Below, in pieces: positions 27,882 to 37,683 of a DNA stretch of 64,000 nt. Each line of letters opens with the position of its first letter. Within the stretch, counting starts at the first letter, position 1. The notes under the pieces are model-generated. The model saw nothing but the letters and a program-made list of their open reading frames with translations, was not told where the DNA came from and ran no database searches. Location of the stretch: the IMG/VR virus record IMGVR_UViG_3300042261_001117, positions 1-64,000 of that record, one strand, 5' to 3'. A program made the translations under genes and the position numbers. Origin of the DNA: a virus.

Positions 27882-29567
27882 ATGACCATGGTCTGCACCG
27901 TCGATCGCGGGCGCCTGCTGGTGCGCTACGACACAGAGAGCGAGCGTGGAGCACTGCGGACGGTGCTGGGCGCTGCGCTGGACCACGAGGCGGGCGGCTA
28001 CCGCGTCCCGCGCGACCGGCGCGTGTTCGCAGCGCTCGAGCGCATCGGCGTGAGCGTCGACGGTCGCGCGGGCGATGCCGCTGGCGCGGTGGTGCTCGAG
28101 GAGACGCCGCAGGACGCCGCGCGACGCCTGCGCGCGGTGGCCACTGTGCGCTCTGCGCCGCTCGAGTGGACTCCGCCGGACGGACTCGCGCTCTACCCGT
28201 ACCAGGAGGAGGGCGCGGCGTCGATCGCTGCGCACCGCCGCCTGCTACTGGCTGACGCGCCGGGTGTCGGGAAGACCATCCAGGTGCTGGCGTGGCTGGC
28301 GACGAACGCCGACGTGCGTCCCGTGCTGGTGCTGTGCCCGAGCAGCGTGCGACTGAACTGGTGCCGCGAGGCTGCGCGCTGGATACCGTGCGCGGTCGTG
28401 GCGACGTGGCGATCCGCTGCGGAAGCTCCCGCGCGCGTGGACGCCAGCGCGATCACCGTGTTGAGCTACGACCTCGCGGTTCGGTGCGAGACGCTGCTCA
28501 AGCGCCAGCGCTGGGCTGCCGTCGTCTACGACGAGGCACACCGCATCTCGAACACCGAGACGAAGCGCGGGAAGCTGGCCATCTCGCTGGCCAAGACCGC
28601 ATCGCACGTGGTGGCGCTGACGGGGACGCCCGTGGTCAACCGGCCAGCGGAGCTATACCCCGTGCTGCGCGTGGTGGCGCCGGACGTGTTCCGGTCGTCG
28701 TGGGACTTCCGGCTGCTCTACTGCGGGATGGAGCAGCGTCGCATCTTCGCTGGCGGACAGCCTCGCTACGTGTGGCAGGCGAAAGGGCTGGCCCGTGCGG
28801 ATGAACTCCGCGAGTTGCTCTCGTGCTGCATGCTTCGCAGGACGAAGGACGAGGTACTGGCACAGCTTCCGTCGAAGCGTCGCGTGGTGGTCGACGTCGA
28901 GATCGATCGCGAGGCCTACGACAGAGCAGAGGACGGGTGCTTCGCGCGCGCGGACGCCGCGCCGTCCGGTGCTGCAGCGCTGGAACGCACGGGGCGTCTC
29001 CGGCGCGAGATCGGACGAGCGAAGGCGGCGGCGGCGGCGGAGTGGATCGACGACTTCTGCGCGTCGGGGGAGTCGCTGGTGGTGTTCGCGCACCACCGCG
29101 AGGTGATCGAAGCGCTGACGAGCGCAATCGGTGTGTCGTGGGTCAGCATCACCGGCGAGACGGCGTCTGGCGATCGACTGCAGCGCGTGGATGCGTTCCA
29201 GCGTCGCGACGCCCAGGTCATGGTTGCCAGCCTGCGCGCGGCTGGCGAGGGCATCACGCTTACACGGGCCAGCGACGTTCTGTTCGTGGAGCGCGACTGG
29301 ACGGCCGCAGCGGAAGAGCAGGCAGAGGATCGCTGCCACCGCATCGGGCAGGAGCGACCGGTCACCGCGTGGTACCTGCGAGCGGCGGGCACCATCGACG
29401 ACGAGATCGCGGCGCTGGTGGAGCAGAAGCGCGCATTCGCAGGCCGCATGCTGGACGGAGCGCCAGACGAGCAACTGACGCTGCAATCCGACGCGGACGT
29501 GGTGTGCAAGTTGATAACGGAGCGGCGTTGTCGGTCGCGTTTGACAACCACGGTTGATGCGCGGTAG
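27882..29567 (+). CDS. SNF2-family (HARP/SMARCAL1-like) helicase
   Basis: 'LYPYQ', 'DAPGVGKT', 'DEAH', 'LTGTP', 'QAEDRCHRIGQ'. Confidence 0.9.
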   Translation: MTMVCTVDRGRLLVRYDTESERGALRTVLGAALDHEAGGYRVPRDRRVFAALERIGVSVDGRAGDAAGAVVLEETPQDAARRLRAVATVRSAPLEWTPPDGLALYPYQEEGAASIAAHRRLLLADAPGVGKTIQVLAWLATNADVRPVLVLCPSSVRLNWCREAARWIPCAVVATWRSAAEAPARVDASAITVLSYDLAVRCETLLKRQRWAAVVYDEAHRISNTETKRGKLAISLAKTASHVVALTGTPVVNRPAELYPVLRVVAPDVFRSSWDFRLLYCGMEQRRIFAGGQPRYVWQAKGLARADELRELLSCCMLRRTKDEVLAQLPSKRRVVVDVEIDREAYDRAEDGCFARADAAPSGAAALERTGRLRREIGRAKAAAAAEWIDDFCASGESLVVFAHHREVIEALTSAIGVSWVSITGETASGDRLQRVDAFQRRDAQVMVASLRAAGEGITLTRASDVLFVERDWTAAAEEQAEDRCHRIGQERPVTAWYLRAAGTIDDEIAALVEQKRAFAGRMLDGAPDEQLTLQSDADVVCKLITERRCRSRLTTTVDAR

Positions 29568-29570
29568 GAT
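29541..29570 (+). promoter_or_regulatory. Promoter TTGACA-18-TAGGAT for the HTH/recombination operon
   Basis: Consensus -35; flanked by GTTGNCAAC-like sites. Confidence 0.55.
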
Positions 29571-29595
29571 CGCGCGTGGATGGAGAGGAGACGCC

Positions 29596-29850
29596 ATGAG
29601 CATCGCAAGACGGTTCAAAGGAGACGTGCTGCGCAGCCTGATCGAGGAGGCGAACTACCGGACGTACCACGAGTTCGCGGTCGAGATGATCCAGCGCGGG
29701 TACCTGCGCTGCTCGGGCTCGCACGTCGGAGCGTGGATCGGCGGCAAGCGCCCGCAGGAGGACACGCTGCGGATGATCTGTGCGGCGCTGACGGAGCGGC
29801 TCGGCCGCCGCGTGAGCGCGGACGAGATGCTGCACCCGATCGAGGAGTAG
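29596..29850 (+). CDS. XRE/Cro-like HTH regulator
   Basis: 84 aa; 'SHVGAWIGGKRPQEDTLRMICAAL' XRE pattern; GAGGAG SD. Confidence 0.65.
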   Translation: MSIARRFKGDVLRSLIEEANYRTYHEFAVEMIQRGYLRCSGSHVGAWIGGKRPQEDTLRMICAALTERLGRRVSADEMLHPIEE

Positions 29851-29920
29851 CGGCGAGCCGCTAGCGCATGGGCGTGCGCTGGCGGCGGGTGCGGTTCCAG
29901 ATCGCAACAGGGAGGAGCAC

Positions 29921-31306
29921 ATGAACGGCGGAGAGGCTCGCGCGTTCGACGCCAACCAGATGGCGGCGTACCTGGAGTTCGTCAACGAGATCAGCAAGAC
30001 GGCCATCATCGTGGGCAACGTGATGGTCCCGAGCATCCCGGCGGGGCACCGCGTGATGCTGGCCACGCTCAAGATCGACGAGCGCGACCTGTTCCCCACG
30101 CAGTGGTTCCCCGACGACCGCGCGCAGGAGTACGCGGCGAAGGCCATTTGGGGCTGGAGCGCCACGGTCCTCGACCAGATCGCCCGCGCCGCGGGCGTGC
30201 GGTGGGACGTGGACCGCTGCAGGCGGCTCGACGACGGCAGCGACGACAACCGATTCGAGTACCGCGTCGAGGGCGAGTGGATGGACCTCGGCGGACGCAA
30301 GGTCGCGCTGGTGGGCACGTACGAGATCGACTTCTTCGAGTACCGCGCGGAGGAGCGCCAGAAGAAGCTGGACCAGTGGGACAAGGCGGTCAACCACGAG
30401 AATCCTAGCTGGCGCCGCCCGCCCAAGGACGCGCTGCCGGGCGAGTCGCGCGAGGTCTACGCGGACCGCAAGGCCGACGCGGCGGAGCGCGCGCTCCGCA
30501 AGATGAAGCTCCGGCGCGGCGAGACGGGCGCGCGCAACCGCGCCATCGCCAAGGCGTTCGGGCTGCGTCGCGGCGGGTGGGTCAAAACCGAGGTGCTGGC
30601 CAAGGTGCTGCTGGTCGCGCGGCTGGAGCCGATCATCGACTTCGACCGCAACCCGGAACTGGCTCGCGCGCTGGCGCTCGACACGCTGGGCATCCTGGGC
30701 ACGCTGGCCAAGACAGGGCAAGGCGACACGCTGCGGGCGCTGATCATGGGAACGCCGGACACGCCGCGCCGGACGACGACGGCGCTGCCCGCTGCGCCGC
30801 AGCCGCAGGTCGTTCAGTTGCCGCCGCCCGAGCGCCTCGAAGATGTCGACGACGCGGACGACACGATCGACCACGACGTCGCGGAGGCGGAGGGCGATGG
30901 AGCGGTTGCGCCCGAGGATGTCGTCGTCGAGCACGGGACGCAGACGGTGGCGGACAAGCAGCAGCCGATCGCGCAGCCGGTGGTGCGCGAGAAGGAGCCC
31001 GTCGCGCAGCCCGAGCCCGCGCAGGGGTCGCTGCTGCAGCCCGAGCCCGCGGCCAAGCGTGCTCCCGCCCGCAAGCCCGACTCTCCCGCTGCGAAGCCCG
31101 CCGCCACCTCGTCGCAGACGCCGCCGGACGTCGACACGTTCCGCGCCATCCCGCTGCACGAGAAGAAGGCATGGGTCTGCGACATGATCGATCGCAAGAA
31201 GCCGTACCCGGCGGACCGCATCGCGAAGTCGGACGTCGAGTCGCTGACGAGCACGGTGCTCGACGACCTGTACGGAGCGCTGATCCTGCGCGCGGACCGG
31301 AAGTAG
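29921..31306 (+). CDS. Putative recombination/ssDNA-annealing-type protein
   Basis: Globular N-half ('ETGARNRAIAKAFGL'), Pro-rich linker, small C-domain; directly upstream of sbcD/sbcC; function inferred from context. Confidence 0.4.
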   Translation: MNGGEARAFDANQMAAYLEFVNEISKTAIIVGNVMVPSIPAGHRVMLATLKIDERDLFPTQWFPDDRAQEYAAKAIWGWSATVLDQIARAAGVRWDVDRCRRLDDGSDDNRFEYRVEGEWMDLGGRKVALVGTYEIDFFEYRAEERQKKLDQWDKAVNHENPSWRRPPKDALPGESREVYADRKADAAERALRKMKLRRGETGARNRAIAKAFGLRRGGWVKTEVLAKVLLVARLEPIIDFDRNPELARALALDTLGILGTLAKTGQGDTLRALIMGTPDTPRRTTTALPAAPQPQVVQLPPPERLEDVDDADDTIDHDVAEAEGDGAVAPEDVVVEHGTQTVADKQQPIAQPVVREKEPVAQPEPAQGSLLQPEPAAKRAPARKPDSPAAKPAATSSQTPPDVDTFRAIPLHEKKAWVCDMIDRKKPYPADRIAKSDVESLTSTVLDDLYGALILRADRK

Positions 31307-31315
31307 GTGGTTGCC

Positions 31316-32470
31316 ATGATCGCCAAGTTCCTGCACCTCGCGGACCTGCACATCAACGCGCAGGCCACGCTGGCCGGGCAAGTGCGCGTCGGACCCAACG
31401 GCATCAACCTCCGCACCGCGGACCTGCTGCGCGCGATCGGCGCGGTGGCTGCGGAGGCGTCTCGCGACGGCGACCTGTTCGGCGCCGTCATCGCGGGAGA
31501 CCTGTACGACCACGACCGCCCGACGCCGCTCGAGGAGGAGATCGCGGCGACGATCATCGAGACGCTCAGCGGCGCGTGCGCGGGCTGCAGTACGAAGGTG
31601 CTGGTGATCGATGGCAACCACGACATCCCGCGCGGGACGGGCCCGAGCGCACCGACGTCGCTGAACTGGCACCCGCTGGCGATGATGATTCACGATCCGG
31701 AGGTGGTCTGCTACTACGGGCTGCGGATCGGGTGTCTGCCGTACCCGCGCATCGGCGGCAACGCGGAGTTGCTGCGCGCGGGCGCGGTCGATGCGATTGC
31801 CGCGGGGCTGCGAGCGGGCGGCGCGGATGTGCTTGTCGCGCATGCGAACACAGGGCAGGCGGTGGCGGGCAAGCAGCCCCGCCCACTGGACGACGCGGTC
31901 ACGCTCTCGCACGCTGTCCTGGCGCAGTTCCCGTGCGTGATGCTCGGGCATATCCACCGCCCGCAGGAGTGGGGCCCGGTCGCGTACTGCGGATCGCCGA
32001 TGGTCGAGGACTGGGGCGAAGCAAACGACGGTACGGTGCGCGGCGCGGCGCTGTGGACGCTGGAGTGCGACGCAGATCTGGCGTCGTCGCCGCCGGACTA
32101 CACGGTGCGCTCCGCGACGCTGCGGAGACTCTCCGCTCCGGACAGGACGTGGATCGACATCCCGGCGGACCAGTGGTGCGAGGATTCCGTTGACCCGTCG
32201 TCGGGCGCGGTCCATCGTGTCAAGGGGCGGCTGCGGGCGACGGACGCCGCCGCGGTGCACGCGGAGATCAGATCGCTACGGGCGAAGGGCGCTCTGATCC
32301 AGGCGGAGATCACGATCGAGCAGGAGGACCGGCGCCGCAGCGAGGACGTGGCGCGTGCGCTGACCGACGATCAGATCCTGCTGGGCGCGATCAAGCTGCG
32401 GCAGACCGATCCTGCGATCGTCGACGGCGCCATGGCGGTTGTGCAGGACATACTCGGGGGTGGAGCATGA
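31316..32470 (+). CDS. sbcD: SbcD/Mre11-like metallophosphoesterase nuclease
   Basis: 'HLADLH', 'AGDLYD', 'GNHD', 'LGHIH', 'YCGSP'. Confidence 0.9.
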   Translation: MIAKFLHLADLHINAQATLAGQVRVGPNGINLRTADLLRAIGAVAAEASRDGDLFGAVIAGDLYDHDRPTPLEEEIAATIIETLSGACAGCSTKVLVIDGNHDIPRGTGPSAPTSLNWHPLAMMIHDPEVVCYYGLRIGCLPYPRIGGNAELLRAGAVDAIAAGLRAGGADVLVAHANTGQAVAGKQPRPLDDAVTLSHAVLAQFPCVMLGHIHRPQEWGPVAYCGSPMVEDWGEANDGTVRGAALWTLECDADLASSPPDYTVRSATLRRLSAPDRTWIDIPADQWCEDSVDPSSGAVHRVKGRLRATDAAAVHAEIRSLRAKGALIQAEITIEQEDRRRSEDVARALTDDQILLGAIKLRQTDPAIVDGAMAVVQDILGGGA

Positions 32471-34800
32471 TCCCAGTTCGAATCGCGGTTCAGAACTTCA
32501 ACAGCTACACCGGAGCGGAGATCGACTTCACCGGCGTGCGATCGGCGATGGTGGTCGGCGACACCGGCGCGGGCAAGAGCACGCTGTTCGTCGACGCGTT
32601 CCTGTGGGCGACCACCGGCCAGTGCCGGGCGCCCGGGATCGACGACGTCATCCGCCTGGGCGCGGACGAGTGCGGCGTCGATTACACGTACCTCGCGGAC
32701 GGGCAGATGCGGCGCGTCGTGCGTACCCGGTCGCGGAAGGGCCGTGGAAGCGGCACGCTCGAGTACTACGTCGACGGCCAGTCGCGCAACGGCGCCAACG
32801 TGAGCGAGACGCAGAAGGCGATCCTCGCGGACCTGCGCGTCGACTACGCGACCATGGTGACGACGAGCTTCCTGGTCCAGGGCAAGAGCGGGGCGTTTGC
32901 GGAGGCGCCCAGGCGTGAGCGCATGGCGCTGGTGGCGCGGATGATCGGCTGCGACCGCTTCAAAATCTACGCGGAGACCGGTCGCGAGATGGCCCGCAAC
33001 ACGAAGGCGGAGATCGCCGCTCGCGAGACGAACGCCGCGGCTCTGGAAGGACAGACCAGCGACGAGTTGCTCGAGCGGCTGCGGGTTGCGTGGGCGGATG
33101 CGACGGCGCTGCACCAGCGCTCGGCAGACCGCGAGGCGGAGATCGCGGTTGAGATGCTCAACGCCCGCAACCTCGTGGCCATGTGCGAGGACGGTGCCCG
33201 GCGCAACGCGGAGACCAGGGCTGCGCTCAACGCCGAACTCGGCAAGGGTGCGGACCTGCGACTGCGGCGCCGGTCGCTGGATGCGGAAAGCGAGCGACTC
33301 GACCGGGCGATGATCGATCTGCGGGCGCAGGTCGACGCGGATGCGCCAGATCTGGATGCGCTTCGAGCGGCGGCGGAGCTTGCCACGTCGGCAGCTACTG
33401 CTGCACGCGAAGCGGAGGTGGCGGCGCGAACCACGGCGGCGAACGCAGAGCGCGAAGCGGATGCTGCTCGACACGCGCACCAGATGGCAGAGCAGGAGGC
33501 GCTGGCGGAGTACCGCGCGAAAACGGCAGACCTGACCACTCGCACCGAGCGCGCCACCGCGGAGTGCAGGGCGCTGGCAGATCGCCTGCAGCAATCACGC
33601 GACGCGCGGAAGCGCATCTCGCAGGTGCCATGCGGAGGACTCGGCGACTACGCGACGTGCCCGCTGATCGAGGTCGCTGTCTCCAGCCAGTGCGACGAGG
33701 GTGCTCTGGCGGAGATGCTTTCCGCAGCGAACGCGGCGCTGTCTGCGCTGCAGTCGGAACGAATGTCCATGCCGTATGCGGTGCAAGAGACGCAGAAGAC
33801 GATCGAGACGAAGAGCACTCGTGTTGCGGCAGCAAAGACGCGCGACGATGCCACGGCGTCTGCCACGGAACGCCAAGCCGATGCACAGCGTGCGCTGCGC
33901 GCGCTCTCCGACGCGCAGTCGGCGCTTTCCAGCGCGGAGGCGCGCGCTACCGCGCAGGCGTCCGCCCGCGCGACCATGGACGCAACGTCGGCCAACGTCG
34001 CGCGCGTGCGTGGCGATCTGGCCGCCATCGACGATGCCATCGCTGTGTCGGATCGCGAATGCGCGGTCTTGCGTGGTGCCATCGACGCGGAGGTCGACGC
34101 CCGGCTGGCGGCTTGCCGCGCGAACGTCGAGCGGCTGTCCACCGAGGCCGCGCAAGCGGCGCGCGCCACGGCGACCGCTGCTGGCGCAGTCGCGAACGCC
34201 GCGCGGGCCATCGACGACGTCGGCGCGATGCGCAAGCGGCTCGCGTCGGAGCGCGCTGAGATCCAGACGCGCGCCAAGCATCTCGCGCACATCGAGGTGG
34301 CGGTCGCGGCGTGTAAGGACGCGCCGCAGCTACTGATCGAATCCATCGTTCCCAGCATCGAGATGAAGGCGAACGAACTGCTCTCGCGCGTCTCGAACAC
34401 CAGCATGCAGGTGCAGCTACGGACGCAGGCGGAGTTGAAGTCGCGCGAGGCCATGGCGGAGACGCTGGACGTGATCGTGGTCGACGAGATCGGCGAGCGT
34501 CCGTACGAGATGTACTCCGGAGGCGAGCGCTTCCGCATCGACTTCGCGCTGCGGGTGGCGCTGTCGTGGGCGCTGTCGATCCGCGCGGGCGCTCCGCTCG
34601 AGATGCTGGTCATCGACGAGGGCTTCGGCACGCAGGACGCGGCGGGGAAGCAGGCCTTCGCGGAGTGCTTGAACTCGGTCAACGACTTGTTCGAGAAGGT
34701 GATCGTGATCTCGCACGTGCCCGAGATGGAGAGCGCGTTTCCTGCGCGCTTCCGCGTGACGAAGGGCCCGAGCGGCAGCACCATCGCGCGGGAGGTGTGA
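32467..34800 (+). CDS. sbcC: SbcC/Rad50-like SMC ATPase
   Basis: 'QNFNSY', Walker A GDTGAGKST, long coiled coil with central Cys pair, 'YSGGE', 'IDEGFG', 'ISH'. Confidence 0.9.
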   Translation: MIPVRIAVQNFNSYTGAEIDFTGVRSAMVVGDTGAGKSTLFVDAFLWATTGQCRAPGIDDVIRLGADECGVDYTYLADGQMRRVVRTRSRKGRGSGTLEYYVDGQSRNGANVSETQKAILADLRVDYATMVTTSFLVQGKSGAFAEAPRRERMALVARMIGCDRFKIYAETGREMARNTKAEIAARETNAAALEGQTSDELLERLRVAWADATALHQRSADREAEIAVEMLNARNLVAMCEDGARRNAETRAALNAELGKGADLRLRRRSLDAESERLDRAMIDLRAQVDADAPDLDALRAAAELATSAATAAREAEVAARTTAANAEREADAARHAHQMAEQEALAEYRAKTADLTTRTERATAECRALADRLQQSRDARKRISQVPCGGLGDYATCPLIEVAVSSQCDEGALAEMLSAANAALSALQSERMSMPYAVQETQKTIETKSTRVAAAKTRDDATASATERQADAQRALRALSDAQSALSSAEARATAQASARATMDATSANVARVRGDLAAIDDAIAVSDRECAVLRGAIDAEVDARLAACRANVERLSTEAAQAARATATAAGAVANAARAIDDVGAMRKRLASERAEIQTRAKHLAHIEVAVAACKDAPQLLIESIVPSIEMKANELLSRVSNTSMQVQLRTQAELKSREAMAETLDVIVVDEIGERPYEMYSGGERFRIDFALRVALSWALSIRAGAPLEMLVIDEGFGTQDAAGKQAFAECLNSVNDLFEKVIVISHVPEMESAFPARFRVTKGPSGSTIAREV

Positions 34801-34803
34801 TCC

Positions 34804-35013
34804 ATGGAACTGACCATCCGATGCGCCAAGCATCCAGCGCAAAAGCTCGACGCGAAGATCGTCTGCCTCGCCAGCGGTGCGCACACGATCGAAGTCGAGC
34901 CGTGCTACGAGTGCCACACGACCGACGAGTGGGCGGGCTACCAAGACGGGCTGCACGACCGCCCGCGTAAGCGCGGCGGCAAGAAGCCGAACGGTGATCC
35001 GCATGAAGCGTGA
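34804..35013 (+). CDS. Small Cys/His-containing protein
   Basis: GGAGGT SD; CxxH and CxxC motifs. Confidence 0.45.
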   Translation: MELTIRCAKHPAQKLDAKIVCLASGAHTIEVEPCYECHTTDEWAGYQDGLHDRPRKRGGKKPNGDPHEA

Positions 35014-35398
35014 GCACAAGGCCATCACCACGAAGGGCGTCTCCATCGGCGGCGGGTGGTGGGAGTTGACTGCGAGCGCGCTGGACGACGACCGAAAGCC
35101 GCCGTTTCTGGCGCGCGTGTACGCGAACTCCTGGCTGATGGTCATGTGCTACGAGCGCTTCGGCGTCGAGTACGTCGGGCTGCGGCGGCATGACCGGAAG
35201 GAGTTCCAGTCCCCGTGGAGCGTGGTGCAGGAGATCAAGGAGCGCTTCTTCGCGGGCCGGTGCGCGGTGGAGTTCTACCCCGCGCAGGACGACCTCGTGG
35301 ACGACGCTCCGATGCGGTGGCTGTGGATGCTGCCGGATGACGCGCGACTCGGAGCGCTCGGGCTCGGGTGGGCAAGGGGTGGCGGAAGTCTCATGTAG
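35003..35398 (+). CDS. Conserved phage protein (DUF7694-like)
   Basis: 'W..VQEIKE.FF...AVEFYPAQDDLVD.APMRWLW' pattern recalled from phage proteins. Confidence 0.55.
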   Translation: MKREHKAITTKGVSIGGGWWELTASALDDDRKPPFLARVYANSWLMVMCYERFGVEYVGLRRHDRKEFQSPWSVVQEIKERFFAGRCAVEFYPAQDDLVDDAPMRWLWMLPDDARLGALGLGWARGGGSLM

Positions 35399-35407
35399 GG
35401 GGCGACC

Positions 35408-35689
35408 ATGCGGATCGCGATTCTCTGCGTGCTGGTGGTGCTGGCTGCGTGCTCGCGCGGCAACTACTGCAAGGAAGCGAAGACCATCATGGACGACTGC
35501 GGCTTCGGGCCGTCGTCGGAATCGTCGACGGCGCTGCGGTCGGCGTGCGACGCCGGAGCGGCGGACGCGGTGATGCTCGCGAAGTGCTTGATCGTGGCGG
35601 ACCGCTACGAGCAGACGCGCGGGTGCTCGCAGATGCGGTTCATGACGTGCGTCGAACTGGTGTCGCGAGCACGATCCGGCAGGCTGTGA
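35408..35689 (+). CDS. Small Cys-rich lipoprotein
   Basis: MRIAILCVLVVLAA-C signal peptide with lipobox. Confidence 0.6.
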   Translation: MRIAILCVLVVLAACSRGNYCKEAKTIMDDCGFGPSSESSTALRSACDAGAADAVMLAKCLIVADRYEQTRGCSQMRFMTCVELVSRARSGRL

Positions 35690-35707
35690 TGGCCGGTCGA
35701 AACGGGC

Positions 35708-35737
35708 TTGACGGGAGCGGCGCGAACGGCGTAGCGT
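35708..35737 (+). promoter_or_regulatory. Promoter TTGACG-18-TAGCGT for the replication operon
   Basis: Intergenic, immediately before the structured leader. Confidence 0.5.
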
Positions 35738-35741
35738 GTTC

Positions 35742-35840
35742 GTGCAACCGGCTCTGTTCACCAATCAAGCTCTCGCGCCCCCCGGTGGTGGCGACTCTTC
35801 GGAGCCGGTTGCACCCACCACCGGGGGCCACGCGAGTTTT
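35742..35840 (+). ncRNA. Structured leader RNA with interleaved stems (attenuator/pseudoknot-like), copy 1
   Basis: Two perfect 13-bp pairings: 35742-35754/35802-35814 and 35779-35791/35815-35827; UUCG hairpin; ends in TTTT. Confidence 0.6.
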
Positions 35841-35872
35841 GTGCGCTGGGCGTAGCGTGGCGAGGAGTGCGC

Positions 35873-36985
35873 ATGGGCGGCACTAGCTGGGTACGCATGG
35901 ACGCAGCGTACGACGACCATCCGGACGTTCGGCGCGCTGGGCTTGAGGGTAGCGTGGTGTTTCAGGCGCTCGTGCGCAGATCGAAGCTGTTTGGCCTCGA
36001 CGGCATCGTCAGCAAGAAGTACCTCGACGTGGAGTACCTAGCGGACGTGCTGAAAGCTCCACAGGACTTCATCCAGCGCGGGCTGGTGGCGTGCTTGCGC
36101 GTTGGACTGATCCGCGACGGCGATGGCGGCGTGACGATACCAGGGTGGGATCGCTTCCAGAGTCCCGACACGTTGCGGAAGCAGCGCTACACGGAACGGC
36201 ACGGACGAGACGCAGCAGATGGTGCGCAGCAGGTTGATCCGTTCCTGTCCGTTCCAAGAACGGACGAGAACGGACGAGAACGGATTGGAACGGATTGTCC
36301 GTCTGACGTGACGGTACGTGACGAGACAGGACGTGACGAGACGCACGAGCACTGCGCGCGCGCGCGTACGCACGAGGATTCGACCCCAGCACCCGCCGCA
36401 CCGACCACGCCGCCGCCTGATCCCGCGCGGCTCGCTGCGATCCGAAACGAGATGGCCATGGCGGACGCGCAGCGAGAAGCCGAGAGCGGCGTGCGTGTGC
36501 GCCCACTTCGCGTCGATCCGGAGCGCGAGGCCCGTGACGCCGCGTGGGCGGAAGAGATGGCGCTAGCGGCCAACGTCGCGCACGACGACGGCAAGATCCT
36601 CTCGGTCTACCAGCACTGGCTCGACTCCGCGGGTTTGCCTCCGCGCTGCATGTGCCCCGACGACCTGTACATGGGCAAGACGTTCCGACTGCTGGTGCTG
36701 GAGCGGCTGAGAGACGGGCTGACCTACGACGACATGAAGCGGGCGATCACGTCGTGCCACGGAAGCAAGCGGCATCAGGAGCGCGGCGTGTCGGGGTGGG
36801 GCGCTATCCTGCGGTCGCTCTCGACGGTGCAGGAGTTCATGGCAATCGCCAACGCGAAGGCCAAGCCGCAGCAGCGATCGGGTAGGCTGTCTGACGAGGA
36901 ATTCGCGAAGCGGTACGAGGAGCGCAAGGCGGAGAAGGCGCGGAACGAGGCGCTGCTGGCACAACACGGTCGGGGTCCGAGATGA
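35873..36985 (+). CDS. Replication initiator (replisome organizer, lambda O-like)
   Basis: N-terminal 'WVRMDAAYDDHPDV...IPGWDRFQ'; internal iterons; followed by a loader-like gene. Confidence 0.7.
   Translation: MGGTSWVRMDAAYDDHPDVRRAGLEGSVVFQALVRRSKLFGLDGIVSKKYLDVEYLADVLKAPQDFIQRGLVACLRVGLIRDGDGGVTIPGWDRFQSPDTLRKQRYTERHGRDAADGAQQVDPFLSVPRTDENGRERIGTDCPSDVTVRDETGRDETHEHCARARTHEDSTPAPAAPTTPPPDPARLAAIRNEMAMADAQREAESGVRVRPLRVDPEREARDAAWAEEMALAANVAHDDGKILSVYQHWLDSAGLPPRCMCPDDLYMGKTFRLLVLERLRDGLTYDDMKRAITSCHGSKRHQERGVSGWGAILRSLSTVQEFMAIANAKAKPQQRSGRLSDEEFAKRYEERKAEKARNEALLAQHGRGPR
36191..36345. repeat. Iteron-like repeats, candidate replication origin
   Basis: GAACGGACGA x2 and GAACGGATTG x2 in tandem (36258-36297), inverted copies at 36238-36255, then GACGN 5-mers. 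Confidence 0.6.
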
Positions 36986-37683
36986 ACCAGACTCAATGGC
37001 GCACCCACTGGAACAGTTTGCTGATCGGGTACCAGCGACGAGACGCCAGCGAGGAAGAGGAGCTTCTGTACCTGGAGCACCTCGAGAAGTGGCAGCCGGA
37101 GATCGTCGCGGCTGCGGTAAACGCTGCACTGGAGGAGGAGTCGTACTTCCCGCGCATCCAGTCTCTGGTGTCGCGATGCCAGCAGATCGAGCACGACGCC
37201 CGGCGGGAAGCTGCGAACTCAAGGCCACGACCGGCGGAGGAGTACGACGCGAACGCGCGCACGTACGCGTGCAGGAACTGCCTCGACACGGGCATGATCG
37301 ACTGCACGATTCCGCGCGGGAAGCATCTGATCGTCGGCATGGACGGGCGGCTGCGGTTCCGAGACGCGCGGTCGACGTCGGTGACGTTCTACTCGAACTG
37401 CCGCGTGCGCTGCACGTGCGATCGTGGGCTGGCGAAGCCCGCGTCGTTCGGCGCGCTGTTCTCGCCGGTGATGTTCCGAGCGCTGGGCTGGTGGGCGAAC
37501 AGGCAGCACGCGCACATCAACGCCATCCACGGCTTCCGGGTGTTCGCGTCGTCGGAGGAATACGTCGCGTGGGCGGAGGAGCAGGTTGGCAGGGTGGTGC
37601 CGGGCTCGCATCGAGCGCCGGATCGAGCGCCGGAGTATCAGGATCGGCGCGTGACCGACTTCGACAGCGAGGTGAACTTCTGA
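36982..37683 (+). CDS. Helicase loader/inhibitor-like protein (lambda P/G39P-like) with Zn motif
   Basis: 'VAAAVNAAL...YFPRIQSL', 'YACRNCLDTG', 'RCTC'; ATGA-coupled to the initiator. Confidence 0.55.
   Translation: MNQTQWRTHWNSLLIGYQRRDASEEEELLYLEHLEKWQPEIVAAAVNAALEEESYFPRIQSLVSRCQQIEHDARREAANSRPRPAEEYDANARTYACRNCLDTGMIDCTIPRGKHLIVGMDGRLRFRDARSTSVTFYSNCRVRCTCDRGLAKPASFGALFSPVMFRALGWWANRQHAHINAIHGFRVFASSEEYVAWAEEQVGRVVPGSHRAPDRAPEYQDRRVTDFDSEVNF

Noticed and set aside
30950-31120. Short GCAGCCCGAGCCCGC repeats
   Set aside because: Coding repeats of a Pro/Gln/Ala linker (QPEPA) with no independent structure.
36353-36370. (GC)n run inside the initiator gene
   Set aside because: Encodes a CARART linker of the kind common in phage initiator proteins; not separately informative.
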